Assembly: GCA_945864145.1 (NCBI GenBank)
Contig: CAMBAN010000001.1
Coordinates: 10,175-74,174, forward strand
Length of the DNA stretch: 64,000 nucleotides
Reading direction: 5' to 3'
Source of the DNA: an uncultured Lachnospiraceae bacterium
Lineage (GTDB): Bacteria > Bacillota > Clostridia > Lachnospirales > Lachnospiraceae
This document shows positions 31,415-39,742 of this stretch, one piece after another; the stretch's first letter is position 1, and every line of letters starts with the position of its first letter. The position numbers were made by a program, and so were the translations under genes. The notes under the pieces are model-generated. The model was given only the letters and a program-made list of their open reading frames with translations, had not been told where the DNA came from and did no database searches.

Positions 31415-31722
31415 TGAGAAAAATATGGATGAATTTTCGTGGGTGTGACCATGTAGAACCGGGGATGCCGTGTACTGTGATTCCAGAGGATGAGTATAAT
31501 TCTCCGAATTATTACTACAAAAATGGTCTTGATCCGGCATTCATGGGAAAAAGCGGAATTGTAATTCGGAATAATAAAAAAACAAGGACAATTGATTTTG
31601 GAAATAATATTGTCGGACGAATTGATAAAGTTCAGACCGGATTATGGGTTCCATATGAGCATGTATGTACCAACGATGGAAAAATAATTCATAAGTCTTA
31701 TTTTAAAAGACTTTTGGGATAG
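31414..31722 (+). CDS. Hypothetical protein
   Basis: TAATG overlap; SD AAGGAGG. Confidence 0.6.
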   Translation: MRKIWMNFRGCDHVEPGMPCTVIPEDEYNSPNYYYKNGLDPAFMGKSGIVIRNNKKTRTIDFGNNIVGRIDKVQTGLWVPYEHVCTNDGKIIHKSYFKRLLG

Positions 31723-31836
31723 GTATAAACGGTACATATTTCTATAGGAAAGGGGCTTTATATGTCACAATTTGGGAGATTTATATTAAAAAGATATGCT
31801 TCAGCAACTGCTGGGGTATGCAATATTGTAAAAAAC

Positions 31837-32009
31837 AGAAAGGAGTAATACCGAATCCTAGTAGACTAGGTTGGCTGCATGTCTGTTGTAATGCAGTTTG
31901 TAAAAGTAAAAGATAATAGCGTAAAAGCTGGATAAGATGGGCTTCATTTTATTCCGTGAGTAGCAAGGGAAGGAACTTTTACTTGCCACGATCAGATTTG
32001 GTCAGTGGC
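31837..32009 (+). ncRNA. Candidate cis-regulatory structured RNA upstream of the PAPS-reductase-like gene
   Basis: Closing stem ACCGAATC/GATTTGGT, several internal hairpins, a possible pseudoknot, and an alternative hairpin over the GTG start. Confidence 0.5.
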
Positions 32010-33000
32010 TGGTATGAAATATTCAAACTACAAAAAGGCGATCCTTACAATGCGTCAAAATTATCCGCTGGATGTGAAGATAAAAATGGCAGAAATGAGG
32101 ATTTCGAAGTTTGTAGAGTATTATGGAGAAAGTGGAGTATATATCTCTTTCTCCGGAGGAAAAGATTCACTTGTCGATTTGGATATTGCGCGAAGGTTGT
32201 ATCCAAACATTAAGGCAGTATTTTGTGATACATGGATGGAGTACCCATCCTTGAGAGCCTATGTTAACACATTTCCAAATGTGGACCGGGTTAAGCCGGA
32301 TATGCTTTTAAAAGATATCATTGACAGATTTGGATGGTGTTTTCCATCCAAGGATGTGTCGGAAATGATCTGGGCCGCAAGAAATGGAAAACAGTGTGCG
32401 ATCAATAAACTCAACGGTCTTGATAAAAACGGGAAACCATCGGAGTTCCGGAAACAGTACATAAAATGGAACAAGCTCTGCTGGGATTCTGACATTTTGA
32501 TCTCTCCATATTGCTGTATTGAGCAAAAGGAGAAACCTGTAAGGAGATATGAAAGGGAAACCGGAAGACATCCGATTCTGGGGCTGCTTGCACAGGAAAG
32601 TGCCAGACGCACAGAAGCGTGGATAAGAACAGGATGTAACTCCTTTGATGGGAACAGACCAGTGTCGAAACCAATTTCATTTTTTACGGAGCAGGATGTA
32701 CTTAGGTATATCTGGTATCGAGGGCTTGTTGTGGCACCGCCTTATGGAGAAATATGTCCATGTGGCAGCTGTTGTGGTCAGACTTACCTATTTCCAGCAG
32801 AGGAGATGGATATTGATCACACAAGATTATGTTGTACAGGTGAAAAGAGGACAGGATGCATATTCTGTCTTGTCGGTGCCCACCTTGATCGTGGAGCGAA
32901 GATCAAACGACTGAAACAGTACAACAAGCGTTTATACGAATACTGCATGGAAGAACTTGGTATGGAGAAAGTCTTAAAGTGGATACTTAGAAATTATTAA
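32005..33000 (+). CDS. Phosphoadenosine phosphosulfate reductase (CysH-like) family protein, MGE type
   Basis: PP-loop SFSGGKDS, VFCDTWMEYP, FPSKDVS, ISPYCC, ESARR, RTGCIFC. Confidence 0.88.
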   Translation: MAGMKYSNYKKAILTMRQNYPLDVKIKMAEMRISKFVEYYGESGVYISFSGGKDSLVDLDIARRLYPNIKAVFCDTWMEYPSLRAYVNTFPNVDRVKPDMLLKDIIDRFGWCFPSKDVSEMIWAARNGKQCAINKLNGLDKNGKPSEFRKQYIKWNKLCWDSDILISPYCCIEQKEKPVRRYERETGRHPILGLLAQESARRTEAWIRTGCNSFDGNRPVSKPISFFTEQDVLRYIWYRGLVVAPPYGEICPCGSCCGQTYLFPAEEMDIDHTRLCCTGEKRTGCIFCLVGAHLDRGAKIKRLKQYNKRLYEYCMEELGMEKVLKWILRNY

Positions 33001-33057
33001 CATTTTTAAGAGGAGAATGTGCAGCAGTACAGACATTCTCCAAGAAAGGAGATTTTT

Positions 33058-33822
33058 ATGTTTGAAATCAGACAGGTTCCAGCAATTGAAGCATTGGAGG
33101 AAATAAAAGAGGGGGATGTTGTATATATCGGTCCGCACGCTGTTGATATATTTGACGATCAGAATATCAGGGGAAAATTAACAGGATATGATTGTAATGA
33201 CGGAGAAGAAATCCAGTTTACCCGGACAGACATTGAAGCTGTTACGAGAAATGGAATTGAGATTGCAAGAGATCCTGAAGAACCTCCACAGTTATTTAAG
33301 GTGGAAGATGCTATTAATGCAATCGTTGACAGCTTAAAGAAAGATGGTCGTTGGCCGGTAATTCTTGATTATATCAGTCCCCGTTCGAAAGATTATGCTT
33401 TCAAATCTGTAGATATTTGCGCGAGTTATGATGTCTTTTACGGAGGAAGTGAAGGAATCTACACGGAATTGTATCTTATTGATTTCAGTGGGGATGAAGA
33501 AGTAAAGATTAACATTGCGACCGCAAAGACACTTGATGATGATGCAGGAGCATACCGGACTATGGCAATGCTTGGAGCAAATCTTGTTCTTGCCTTTAAT
33601 GAATGGGTAAGAAAAAACATGGACCTGTTTATCAGGGAAGGGTATGGTTTAATGTTTTATACCAAAACAGGAGATAGGAAATACATACGTTTTCTGAAAG
33701 AATCAAAATACAGGGATAATGCTATAAGAGAAGCGATTGGGATTATAAAAAATGGATACGGAGATATTCATGCGGATCTTGTAGAATTTAAAACTTTACG
33801 CATTATCAAACGTTTTGATTAG
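33058..33822 (+). CDS. Hypothetical protein
   Basis: ATG after a hairpin-SD module. Confidence 0.65.
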   Translation: MFEIRQVPAIEALEEIKEGDVVYIGPHAVDIFDDQNIRGKLTGYDCNDGEEIQFTRTDIEAVTRNGIEIARDPEEPPQLFKVEDAINAIVDSLKKDGRWPVILDYISPRSKDYAFKSVDICASYDVFYGGSEGIYTELYLIDFSGDEEVKINIATAKTLDDDAGAYRTMAMLGANLVLAFNEWVRKNMDLFIREGYGLMFYTKTGDRKYIRFLKESKYRDNAIREAIGIIKNGYGDIHADLVEFKTLRIIKRFD

Positions 33823-33883
33823 TATTTAGGAAGTTTTATGAAAAAAGAGCAGCAGTTGGTGCTGCTCTTTGGAAAGGAGTATT

Positions 33884-34255
33884 ATGAAGGCAGTATTATT
33901 GGATGTTATGAATGACAAAGTGGAAGTTGTGGATGCGGAAGAATTGGAGGATTATTATAAACTCATCGGATGCAGGACAATTGAAATTGTGAATTGGGAA
34001 ATCATGGATAGAAGATTTGATATTGTTTGTGATGAGGAGGGACTATTTTTTGAAAATCCGAAAATTTCATCTATTGATGATAAAGGCAATGTGATGAGTG
34101 TTGGAAATCTGGTTGTATGTGGAGAGGCTGACGACAATGGAAAGTTGACTTCTCTTTCTGACGAGGATGTTCGGCACATAATGGAAAATATTAAAATTGT
34201 TCCTACCAAATTCTATCCGGATGGATATCGGATGATCTGTCATGTGAATCCTTGA
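33884..34255 (+). CDS. DUF3846-like protein
   Basis: LEDYYKLIGCRTIEIV, IVCDEEGLF, VGNLVVCG, SLSDEDV. Confidence 0.65.
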   Translation: MKAVLLDVMNDKVEVVDAEELEDYYKLIGCRTIEIVNWEIMDRRFDIVCDEEGLFFENPKISSIDDKGNVMSVGNLVVCGEADDNGKLTSLSDEDVRHIMENIKIVPTKFYPDGYRMICHVNP

Positions 34256-34296
34256 TCTAATGAATTTAGTCAATTTTAAGAGGGGGATTGCACTAT

Positions 34297-34578
34297 ATGT
34301 TGAAAGATTTATTTATTCTTCTGGAGAATGGCACTTGTGTCAGTTTTATGGAGTCATCTGCCCAACCGGAAGATCCGGAGTGCATAGGCTGTATTGAAAT
34401 ATATGCCTATGATAAAAACGGAAATGAGACAGGAGATTGTGGAGAATTTGAATACCGCGAGGGTGTATATGAGTGTATGCAGGACGCGGTCAAAGATGGT
34501 CTGCAGTTTTCCAACTTTCCGATGAATATTCCTTATAAGGAAATTTCAGAAGAAGAGTTTTATAAAAGAATTGGATGA
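34297..34578 (+). CDS. Hypothetical acidic protein
   Basis: SD GAGGGGG; 93 aa. Confidence 0.55.
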   Translation: MLKDLFILLENGTCVSFMESSAQPEDPECIGCIEIYAYDKNGNETGDCGEFEYREGVYECMQDAVKDGLQFSNFPMNIPYKEISEEEFYKRIG

Positions 34579-34586
34579 ATGATATG

Positions 34587-34619
34587 AAAGGAGTCGTTGC
34601 TAATGCAACGGCTCTTTTT
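34587..34619 (+). terminator. Intrinsic terminator
   Basis: GAGTCGTTGC-TAAT-GCAACGGCTC-TTTTT. Confidence 0.85.
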
Positions 34620-34658
34620 ACAATAAATTCAAATGGCTGAAAAATTTTATTATAGCTA

Positions 34659-34689
34659 TTGACTTTTTCTATGGGTTTATGGGTATTAT
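34659..34689 (+). promoter_or_regulatory. 19-bp-spacer promoter, copy 3 (upstream of yopX and the cas operon)
   Basis: TTGACT-TTTTCTATGGGTTTATGGG-TATTAT. Confidence 0.7.
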
Positions 34690-34790
34690 TTGTCCGGACT
34701 TTAAATGGAAATATATTTACCAGGCAGACGATGATTACAAATGGTTTTGACCTGGGATTATCTGTGTATGGAGTCGTAAAAGGAGAAAAA

Positions 34791-35285
34791 ATGGATAAAT
34801 TAGAATATGCTCTGTATCGGGCTAAAGGAATTGGAAAAACAGATTGTTCAAAATGGTATGAGGGGTTTTATTCTATGCAGACAGATTTCCCTTATGGGAA
34901 AAGTATGAATGCAGCAGAAAAGGAAAAAATGCAAAAGCATTTTCTTTCGTATGATGAAGTGATGGATTTTGGGATGCCAAGTCTGCATATGCGAGTAGAA
35001 ATAGACCCTGAAACACTTGGGAAATGCAGCGGATGCTCTGTTGAAGGAAAATGGATTTTTTGTGGGGATATTGTCAAAACACCAGAGATAGAGGGAGAAG
35101 GTATTGTGTGTTTTGGAAGATTTAGAAATCCGGAGGATTCAGAAGGAATTTATCATTTGGGATTTTATGTTGATTGGAAAGAGGCTAAAAACAGTGTAAA
35201 AGATCTGTGCTATTGGAGTAGAAAGCATGGGCTTTGTATCGTGGGAAACATTTATGATGATGCCAGATATGAGAATAAAAAATAA
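34791..35285 (+). CDS. YopX-family protein
   Basis: LYRAKG...WYEG, EIDPETLGKCSG, IFCGDIV, IVGNIYD; SD AAGGAG. Confidence 0.8.
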   Translation: MDKLEYALYRAKGIGKTDCSKWYEGFYSMQTDFPYGKSMNAAEKEKMQKHFLSYDEVMDFGMPSLHMRVEIDPETLGKCSGCSVEGKWIFCGDIVKTPEIEGEGIVCFGRFRNPEDSEGIYHLGFYVDWKEAKNSVKDLCYWSRKHGLCIVGNIYDDARYENKK

Positions 35286-35414
35286 TATTTTGTTTTATTT
35301 TCGTTGGAGATTTTAAGAAATAGCCATATAATATCCAAAATGACAGTACGGACGGTCTTTGTGTATCTGTAATGAAAATTAAGCAAAACATAATTTAAGG
35401 AGGAGAATATTAGG

Positions 35415-35573
35415 ATGAGTGAAAAGATTAAATATGAAATTCTTGCTGTTGTTATACTGATTTTGGCTATAGGTCTGTTGGTGGCTCAATATATGAATTC
35501 AATAGAAAAAATAGGGATCAAGCCATTGCTGAATATGGATCTGATGGTGGTATCTGCTATGTGGATGGTGTAA
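35415..35573 (+). CDS. Small membrane peptide (52 aa)
   Basis: SD AAGGAGG; MSEKIKYEILAVVILILAIGLLVAQY... Confidence 0.4.
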   Translation: MSEKIKYEILAVVILILAIGLLVAQYMNSIEKIGIKPLLNMDLMVVSAMWMV

Positions 35574-35991
35574 AGCAGGACGACTCTTTTGATATTTATG
35601 GCATTGACTTGGATAGTTACACTGTATCTTATGAGGAGGGAAAGTTATATCTTAAAAATAAAAAAATGAGAAAGAATCTTTCCCTGTGTTTGTACCAGTA
35701 AGATAACAATATCGACTCTTCGGGGTTAGAAAATCAAAAATGATTGGACTTTGTTCTTGTTTGATTCGAGAAGAAGACGATAATTTATGGAGAAATTTTC
35801 AGCAATCGGAAAAAGTAAAATTAAAAATATCAACGTTAAAAGCGAAGGAGATATGAAAAAAGATGGGGATGATTATTAAAAAAATCACGCAGAAAAACGT
35901 TGACAATATGGAGATGTTTTTAGAATGTACTGCTAAGCTTGTCTGCTATAGTGATACATTGGAAATGTACCACAGAGAAATGGAGGTATAA

Positions 35992-36657
35992 ATGATTCGG
36001 ATTGAGGTTTGGGGAGACAAAGCCTGTTTTACTCGCCCTGAATTTAAAGTTGAGAGGATATCTTATGATGTGATTACTCCATCAGCTGCAAGAGGCATTT
36101 TAGATTGTGTGTACTGGCATCCTGGTCTGAAATGGAAGATTGATCGCATTTATGTTCTTAATCCTATTAAATATGTAGATTTTAAGAGAAATGAGGTAAA
36201 AACAAGATTAAATGGAAATAAAGCTATCAAAATGATGAATGGAGGATGTGAAAGCCTCTTTTTAGATGCTGTGGCAGAACGAACCCAGCGAACAACGAAG
36301 GCTTTAAAGAATGTACATTATGTCCTGGAAGCGCATTTCCAAATGACAAAGAATGCGAATCCGCAGGATACGCCGGGAAAATTCTATGCAATAACGCGTA
36401 AGAGACTTGAAAAAGGCCGATGTAGTGCAGAACCTTATTTTGGTTGCAGAGAGTTCCCTGTTGCTTTTCGGGAGTGGAATGGTGGTGACAATATTCCAAC
36501 GATTGATGATACAAAGGATTTGGGTTATATGTTTTTTGACTATGATTATTCAAGGACCGATAATATTCGTCCGACATTTTTTCATGCAAAAATGATACAC
36601 GGTGTAATTTCATTAACTGATGTTGAAATAGGGATACCGCAATCCCACTGGCTTTAG
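35992..36657 (+). CDS. cas5: Type I-C CRISPR-associated Cas5 (Cas5c/Cas5d)
   Basis: IEVWGDKACFTRPEFKVERISYDVITPSAARGIL, YWHP, KRNEV, PYFGCREF, DLGYM. Confidence 0.97.
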   Translation: MIRIEVWGDKACFTRPEFKVERISYDVITPSAARGILDCVYWHPGLKWKIDRIYVLNPIKYVDFKRNEVKTRLNGNKAIKMMNGGCESLFLDAVAERTQRTTKALKNVHYVLEAHFQMTKNANPQDTPGKFYAITRKRLEKGRCSAEPYFGCREFPVAFREWNGGDNIPTIDDTKDLGYMFFDYDYSRTDNIRPTFFHAKMIHGVISLTDVEIGIPQSHWL

Positions 36658-36673
36658 ACGGTGGGTAGTTCAC
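36631..36673 (+). mobile_element. IS200/IS605-like right-end remnant
   Basis: AATCCCACTGGCTTTAGACGGTGGGTAGTTCAC: subterminal hairpin with a TTTA loop ending in GTTCAC. Confidence 0.6.
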
Positions 36674-36707
36674 AAGCTGATGTAATAAAATAAGGGATGG
36701 CGAAGCA

Positions 36708-37097
36708 ATGTCTACACATAAGAAGATACCAAAGAAAACTCGGCTTGCAGTATACGAAAAATGTAACCATCGGTGTGCCTATTGTGGCTGTGATTTAAAA
36801 TATGAAGATATGCAGGTTGATCATATTAAATCTGTTTATGCAAATAACGATGCCAGTCATACAATGACAGAAGAGGAAATGTATTCGGAAAAAAACCTGC
36901 TTCCGGCGTGCCGGCAGTGTAACTTTTATAAGTCATATGGTAACCTGGAATCTTTTCGGGAAGCATTAACAAGCACACTAATGAGAAATCTGCAGAAAAC
37001 ATTTCAGTATCGTTTGGCGATTAAATACGGGCTTATACAGGAGCATATTGAACCGGTGCAATTTTATTTTGAAAAAATTGGCGTTAAAATCGATTAG
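36708..37097 (+). CDS. HNH endonuclease (Zn-binding)
   Basis: CAYCG, QVDHIK, NLLPACRQCNFYK: intact His-Asn-Asn and two CxxC pairs. Confidence 0.93.
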   Translation: MSTHKKIPKKTRLAVYEKCNHRCAYCGCDLKYEDMQVDHIKSVYANNDASHTMTEEEMYSEKNLLPACRQCNFYKSYGNLESFREALTSTLMRNLQKTFQYRLAIKYGLIQEHIEPVQFYFEKIGVKID

Positions 37098-37120
37098 ATT
37101 GTAAAAATAAGGAAAAGTCA

Positions 37121-38812
37121 ATGATGGTAATAAAAGAATTGGTAAATCTATATGAAGCACTTGTTGAACAGGGGAAAGTTGCTCCGATGGGATGGACGGA
37201 TTCAAAAGTAACTTATGGGCTGGAGCTGGATAAAAATGGTATACCTAAAGGGCTAAAACCTCTTGCAGTGAGAGAAGTGGAAAGCAAAAAGGGGAAAAGG
37301 ATTGAGGCTATACCGGCGTATGTGATGGTGCCAGAGCAGAAAAAAAGAACAAATGGGGTTAATCCATATCTTTTGTGTGATACCGCAGGATATCTGTTGG
37401 GGGTAAGCAAGAATGGAAAAGATGCGATAAAATATTTTAATGCATCAAAAAAGAACCATTTGAAATTTTTAAAAGGTCTCTCATGTGATGCGGCAAGTGC
37501 AGTTATAAAGTTTTTTCAGCAGTGGAATCCGGATAGTTTTTCCTGTTATGATTTCCTTTTGGAAAAAGAAAATGAACTTGCAACAGTAAAAATTGTATTT
37601 TTATATAACGGTGAGCCAGTATCATCAGATAAAGAAATTGTGGAAAGGTGGCAGGAATTATACGAATCCCAGTATAATAAAGAAGAAAAAATCACATGCA
37701 TAATTACCGGGAAGAAAGAGCCACAGGCCAGAAATCATAAAAACATTATGAATATAGCAAATGGTGCAAGCATGGGACAGCCGCTTGTATCAAATGATAA
37801 ACAGGCATTTTGGTCATACAACAGAGAGAAAGCAGATGGGATAGGAATAGGAATGTATACAGCGCATGCCTATACTACGGCGCTAAATTATCTTTTAAAA
37901 GATCATAAACATGTAGTAAAACTTGGAAAAATAACGGCAGTAGGATGGTTGGAGGGAGAAGATCCGGCAGAGGAAAAGATTTTTGAAGTGTTTCAAAATG
38001 CGGATGGTGTATGGACAGAGAAAAATGAGAAAATCAATATGGAAAGAAAATTTTTTCTGCTTGGATTATCACCGAACTCCGGAAGGCTTGTTGTCAACTT
38101 TTTCCTTGAAAACAGTTTTGGAAATTTTCTAAACAACGTGAACGATTTTAGAAAGGATTTTTTTATTGAACTGCCAGAATATGTAGATACAGATAAGGAA
38201 ATTCCCCTATGGAGGATATTGAAACAGACACTTCCACCTGGAAGTAAGGAGGTGGCCGTAACAGAAAGACTGCCTTTAGAAATGCTGACTGCAATTTATA
38301 ATAAACAAAGATATCCTGAATCACTTATAAATGGTGTGATGAAAAGGATTCATGCAGAACAAAAAGTATCATATGAAAAAGCGGCAATCATAAAAGGCTA
38401 TTATACAAGAAATGGGCAATGTCCCAGGGAGGTGCTTGGAGTGGATCTGAATGAGGAATGTGAGGATATTCCATATATATTGGGTAGGGTTTTTGCAGTA
38501 TGTGAACATTTGCAGGAAAAGGCAATTCCAGGAGTAAAGTCTACAATAACTATGCGATTTTTTAACACGGCATATATGGTTCCGGCTCGGGTATATCCAA
38601 CGCTGTTGAAAATGAGCAGTTGGCACCTAAAAAAATTAAAGAAGGATGCTGAAAGGATATATTTTGATTCTATGTTGTCTGATTTATTAAATAAAATAGG
38701 GGGGAAATTTCCACAGCAGCTTACATTTGAGCAGCAGGGATGTTTTATGTTAGGGTATTATTTCCAGAGGCAAAAGAGATTCAGTAAGAGAAAGGTTGAT
38801 AAAGATGAGTGA
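37121..38812 (+). CDS. cas8c: Type I-C Cas8c/Csd1 large subunit
   Basis: KRTNGV..YLLCD..YLLG, CIITG, AYTTALNYLL, LGLSPNSGRL, AAIIKGY, YILGRVFAVCEHLQ, QGCFMLGYYFQ. Confidence 0.95.
   Translation: MMVIKELVNLYEALVEQGKVAPMGWTDSKVTYGLELDKNGIPKGLKPLAVREVESKKGKRIEAIPAYVMVPEQKKRTNGVNPYLLCDTAGYLLGVSKNGKDAIKYFNASKKNHLKFLKGLSCDAASAVIKFFQQWNPDSFSCYDFLLEKENELATVKIVFLYNGEPVSSDKEIVERWQELYESQYNKEEKITCIITGKKEPQARNHKNIMNIANGASMGQPLVSNDKQAFWSYNREKADGIGIGMYTAHAYTTALNYLLKDHKHVVKLGKITAVGWLEGEDPAEEKIFEVFQNADGVWTEKNEKINMERKFFLLGLSPNSGRLVVNFFLENSFGNFLNNVNDFRKDFFIELPEYVDTDKEIPLWRILKQTLPPGSKEVAVTERLPLEMLTAIYNKQRYPESLINGVMKRIHAEQKVSYEKAAIIKGYYTRNGQCPREVLGVDLNEECEDIPYILGRVFAVCEHLQEKAIPGVKSTITMRFFNTAYMVPARVYPTLLKMSSWHLKKLKKDAERIYFDSMLSDLLNKIGGKFPQQLTFEQQGCFMLGYYFQRQKRFSKRKVDKDE
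38441..38812 (+). CDS. cas11: Cas11c small subunit (internal in-frame translation of cas8c)
   Basis: SD GGAGGTG followed by an in-frame GTG at 38441 (offset 1320 from the cas8c start); product (M)DLNEECEDIPYILGRVFA..., 123 aa. Confidence 0.75.
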   Translation: MDLNEECEDIPYILGRVFAVCEHLQEKAIPGVKSTITMRFFNTAYMVPARVYPTLLKMSSWHLKKLKKDAERIYFDSMLSDLLNKIGGKFPQQLTFEQQGCFMLGYYFQRQKRFSKRKVDKDE

Positions 38813-39692
38813 ACTGCTTAAAAACAAATATGATTTCCTGATGGTATTTGATATTACAAATGGAAATCCAAACGGTAATCCTGATGACGGAGGACGTCCG
38901 AGAATAGATCCGGAGACATCGACTGGAATTGTCACGGATGTCTGTTTAAAGCGTAAAATCCGGGATTATATTGAAATGAGATATGAGGGCAAGAGAGGAT
39001 ATGATGTATATATCAAGCAGGGAACCCCATTAAATAGAAGCGATAAGTCCGCATACGATGCATTGAAGGTGGAGCAAAATGGTGGAATTGCAACGGTCAA
39101 AAAAAATGATCCAGATGTATCGCTTAAGGTGAGAGATTATATGTGTGGTCATTATTTTGATATTCGTGCATTTGGCGCTGTGATGACAACTTTTGTTATT
39201 GATAAGTTGAATTGTGGGCAGATTAAGGGACCGGTTCAACTTAGTTTTGCAAAATCAGTTGATCCGATTTTCCCGATGGACATTGCAATTACAAGGAAAG
39301 CAATAACCAAAGAGGACGATGCAGGGAGAAAAAATAACGAAATCGGAACCAAGAGTATTATTCCGTATGGCTTATTTGTTGCTCAAGGCCATATTTCTGC
39401 AAGTCTTGCACGAAAAACAGGGTTTAATGAGGATGATTTGGAAGTATTATGGAGTGCAATTTGTAATATGATGGAGGAGGATCATTCAGCCTCGAGAGCA
39501 GGGATGTATATGAGAAAACTCATTATATTCAAACACGATAGCGTTTGGGGAAATGCTCCATCATACAAATTATTTGATTCTATAAAAATCTTCAAAAGGG
39601 ATGGTGTGGTGGCTCCAAGATCTTTTTCAGATTATGAAATACATATTCCTGATGAAATGCCAGAGGGAGTTATGTGTGAATGCATGGATTGA
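38805..39692 (+). CDS. cas7c: Type I-C Cas7/Csd2 backbone subunit
   Basis: NGNPNGNPD..GRPRIDPET..VTDVCLKRKIRDY, FDIRAFGAV, GPVQ, TGFNEDDL, DHSASR. Confidence 0.97.
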   Translation: MSELLKNKYDFLMVFDITNGNPNGNPDDGGRPRIDPETSTGIVTDVCLKRKIRDYIEMRYEGKRGYDVYIKQGTPLNRSDKSAYDALKVEQNGGIATVKKNDPDVSLKVRDYMCGHYFDIRAFGAVMTTFVIDKLNCGQIKGPVQLSFAKSVDPIFPMDIAITRKAITKEDDAGRKNNEIGTKSIIPYGLFVAQGHISASLARKTGFNEDDLEVLWSAICNMMEEDHSASRAGMYMRKLIIFKHDSVWGNAPSYKLFDSIKIFKRDGVVAPRSFSDYEIHIPDEMPEGVMCECMD

Positions 39693-39742
39693 AAATATAC
39701 TAAAATAGCAGACGAATATTAAATTATAATTTAATAAATATA

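Noticed and set aside
31762-31848. 28-codon ORF ending at the distal SD of the structured RNA
   Set aside because: Too short to call; could be a remnant or leader peptide, but there is no supporting evidence.
35900-35926. TTGACA...TAGAAT promoter before cas5
   Set aside because: The spacer is only 15 bp; not supportable without TSS data.
35286-35991. Possible cas3 remnant or mini-array upstream of cas5
   Set aside because: Only short ORFs and AT-rich sequence; no HD or helicase motifs and no repeated units seen.
39675-39700. ATGGATTGAAA at the cas7 stop resembles the 3' end of type I-C repeats (GTGGATTGAAA)
   Set aside because: No preceding hairpin and no second copy at spacer distance; explained by the codons Met-Asp-stop.
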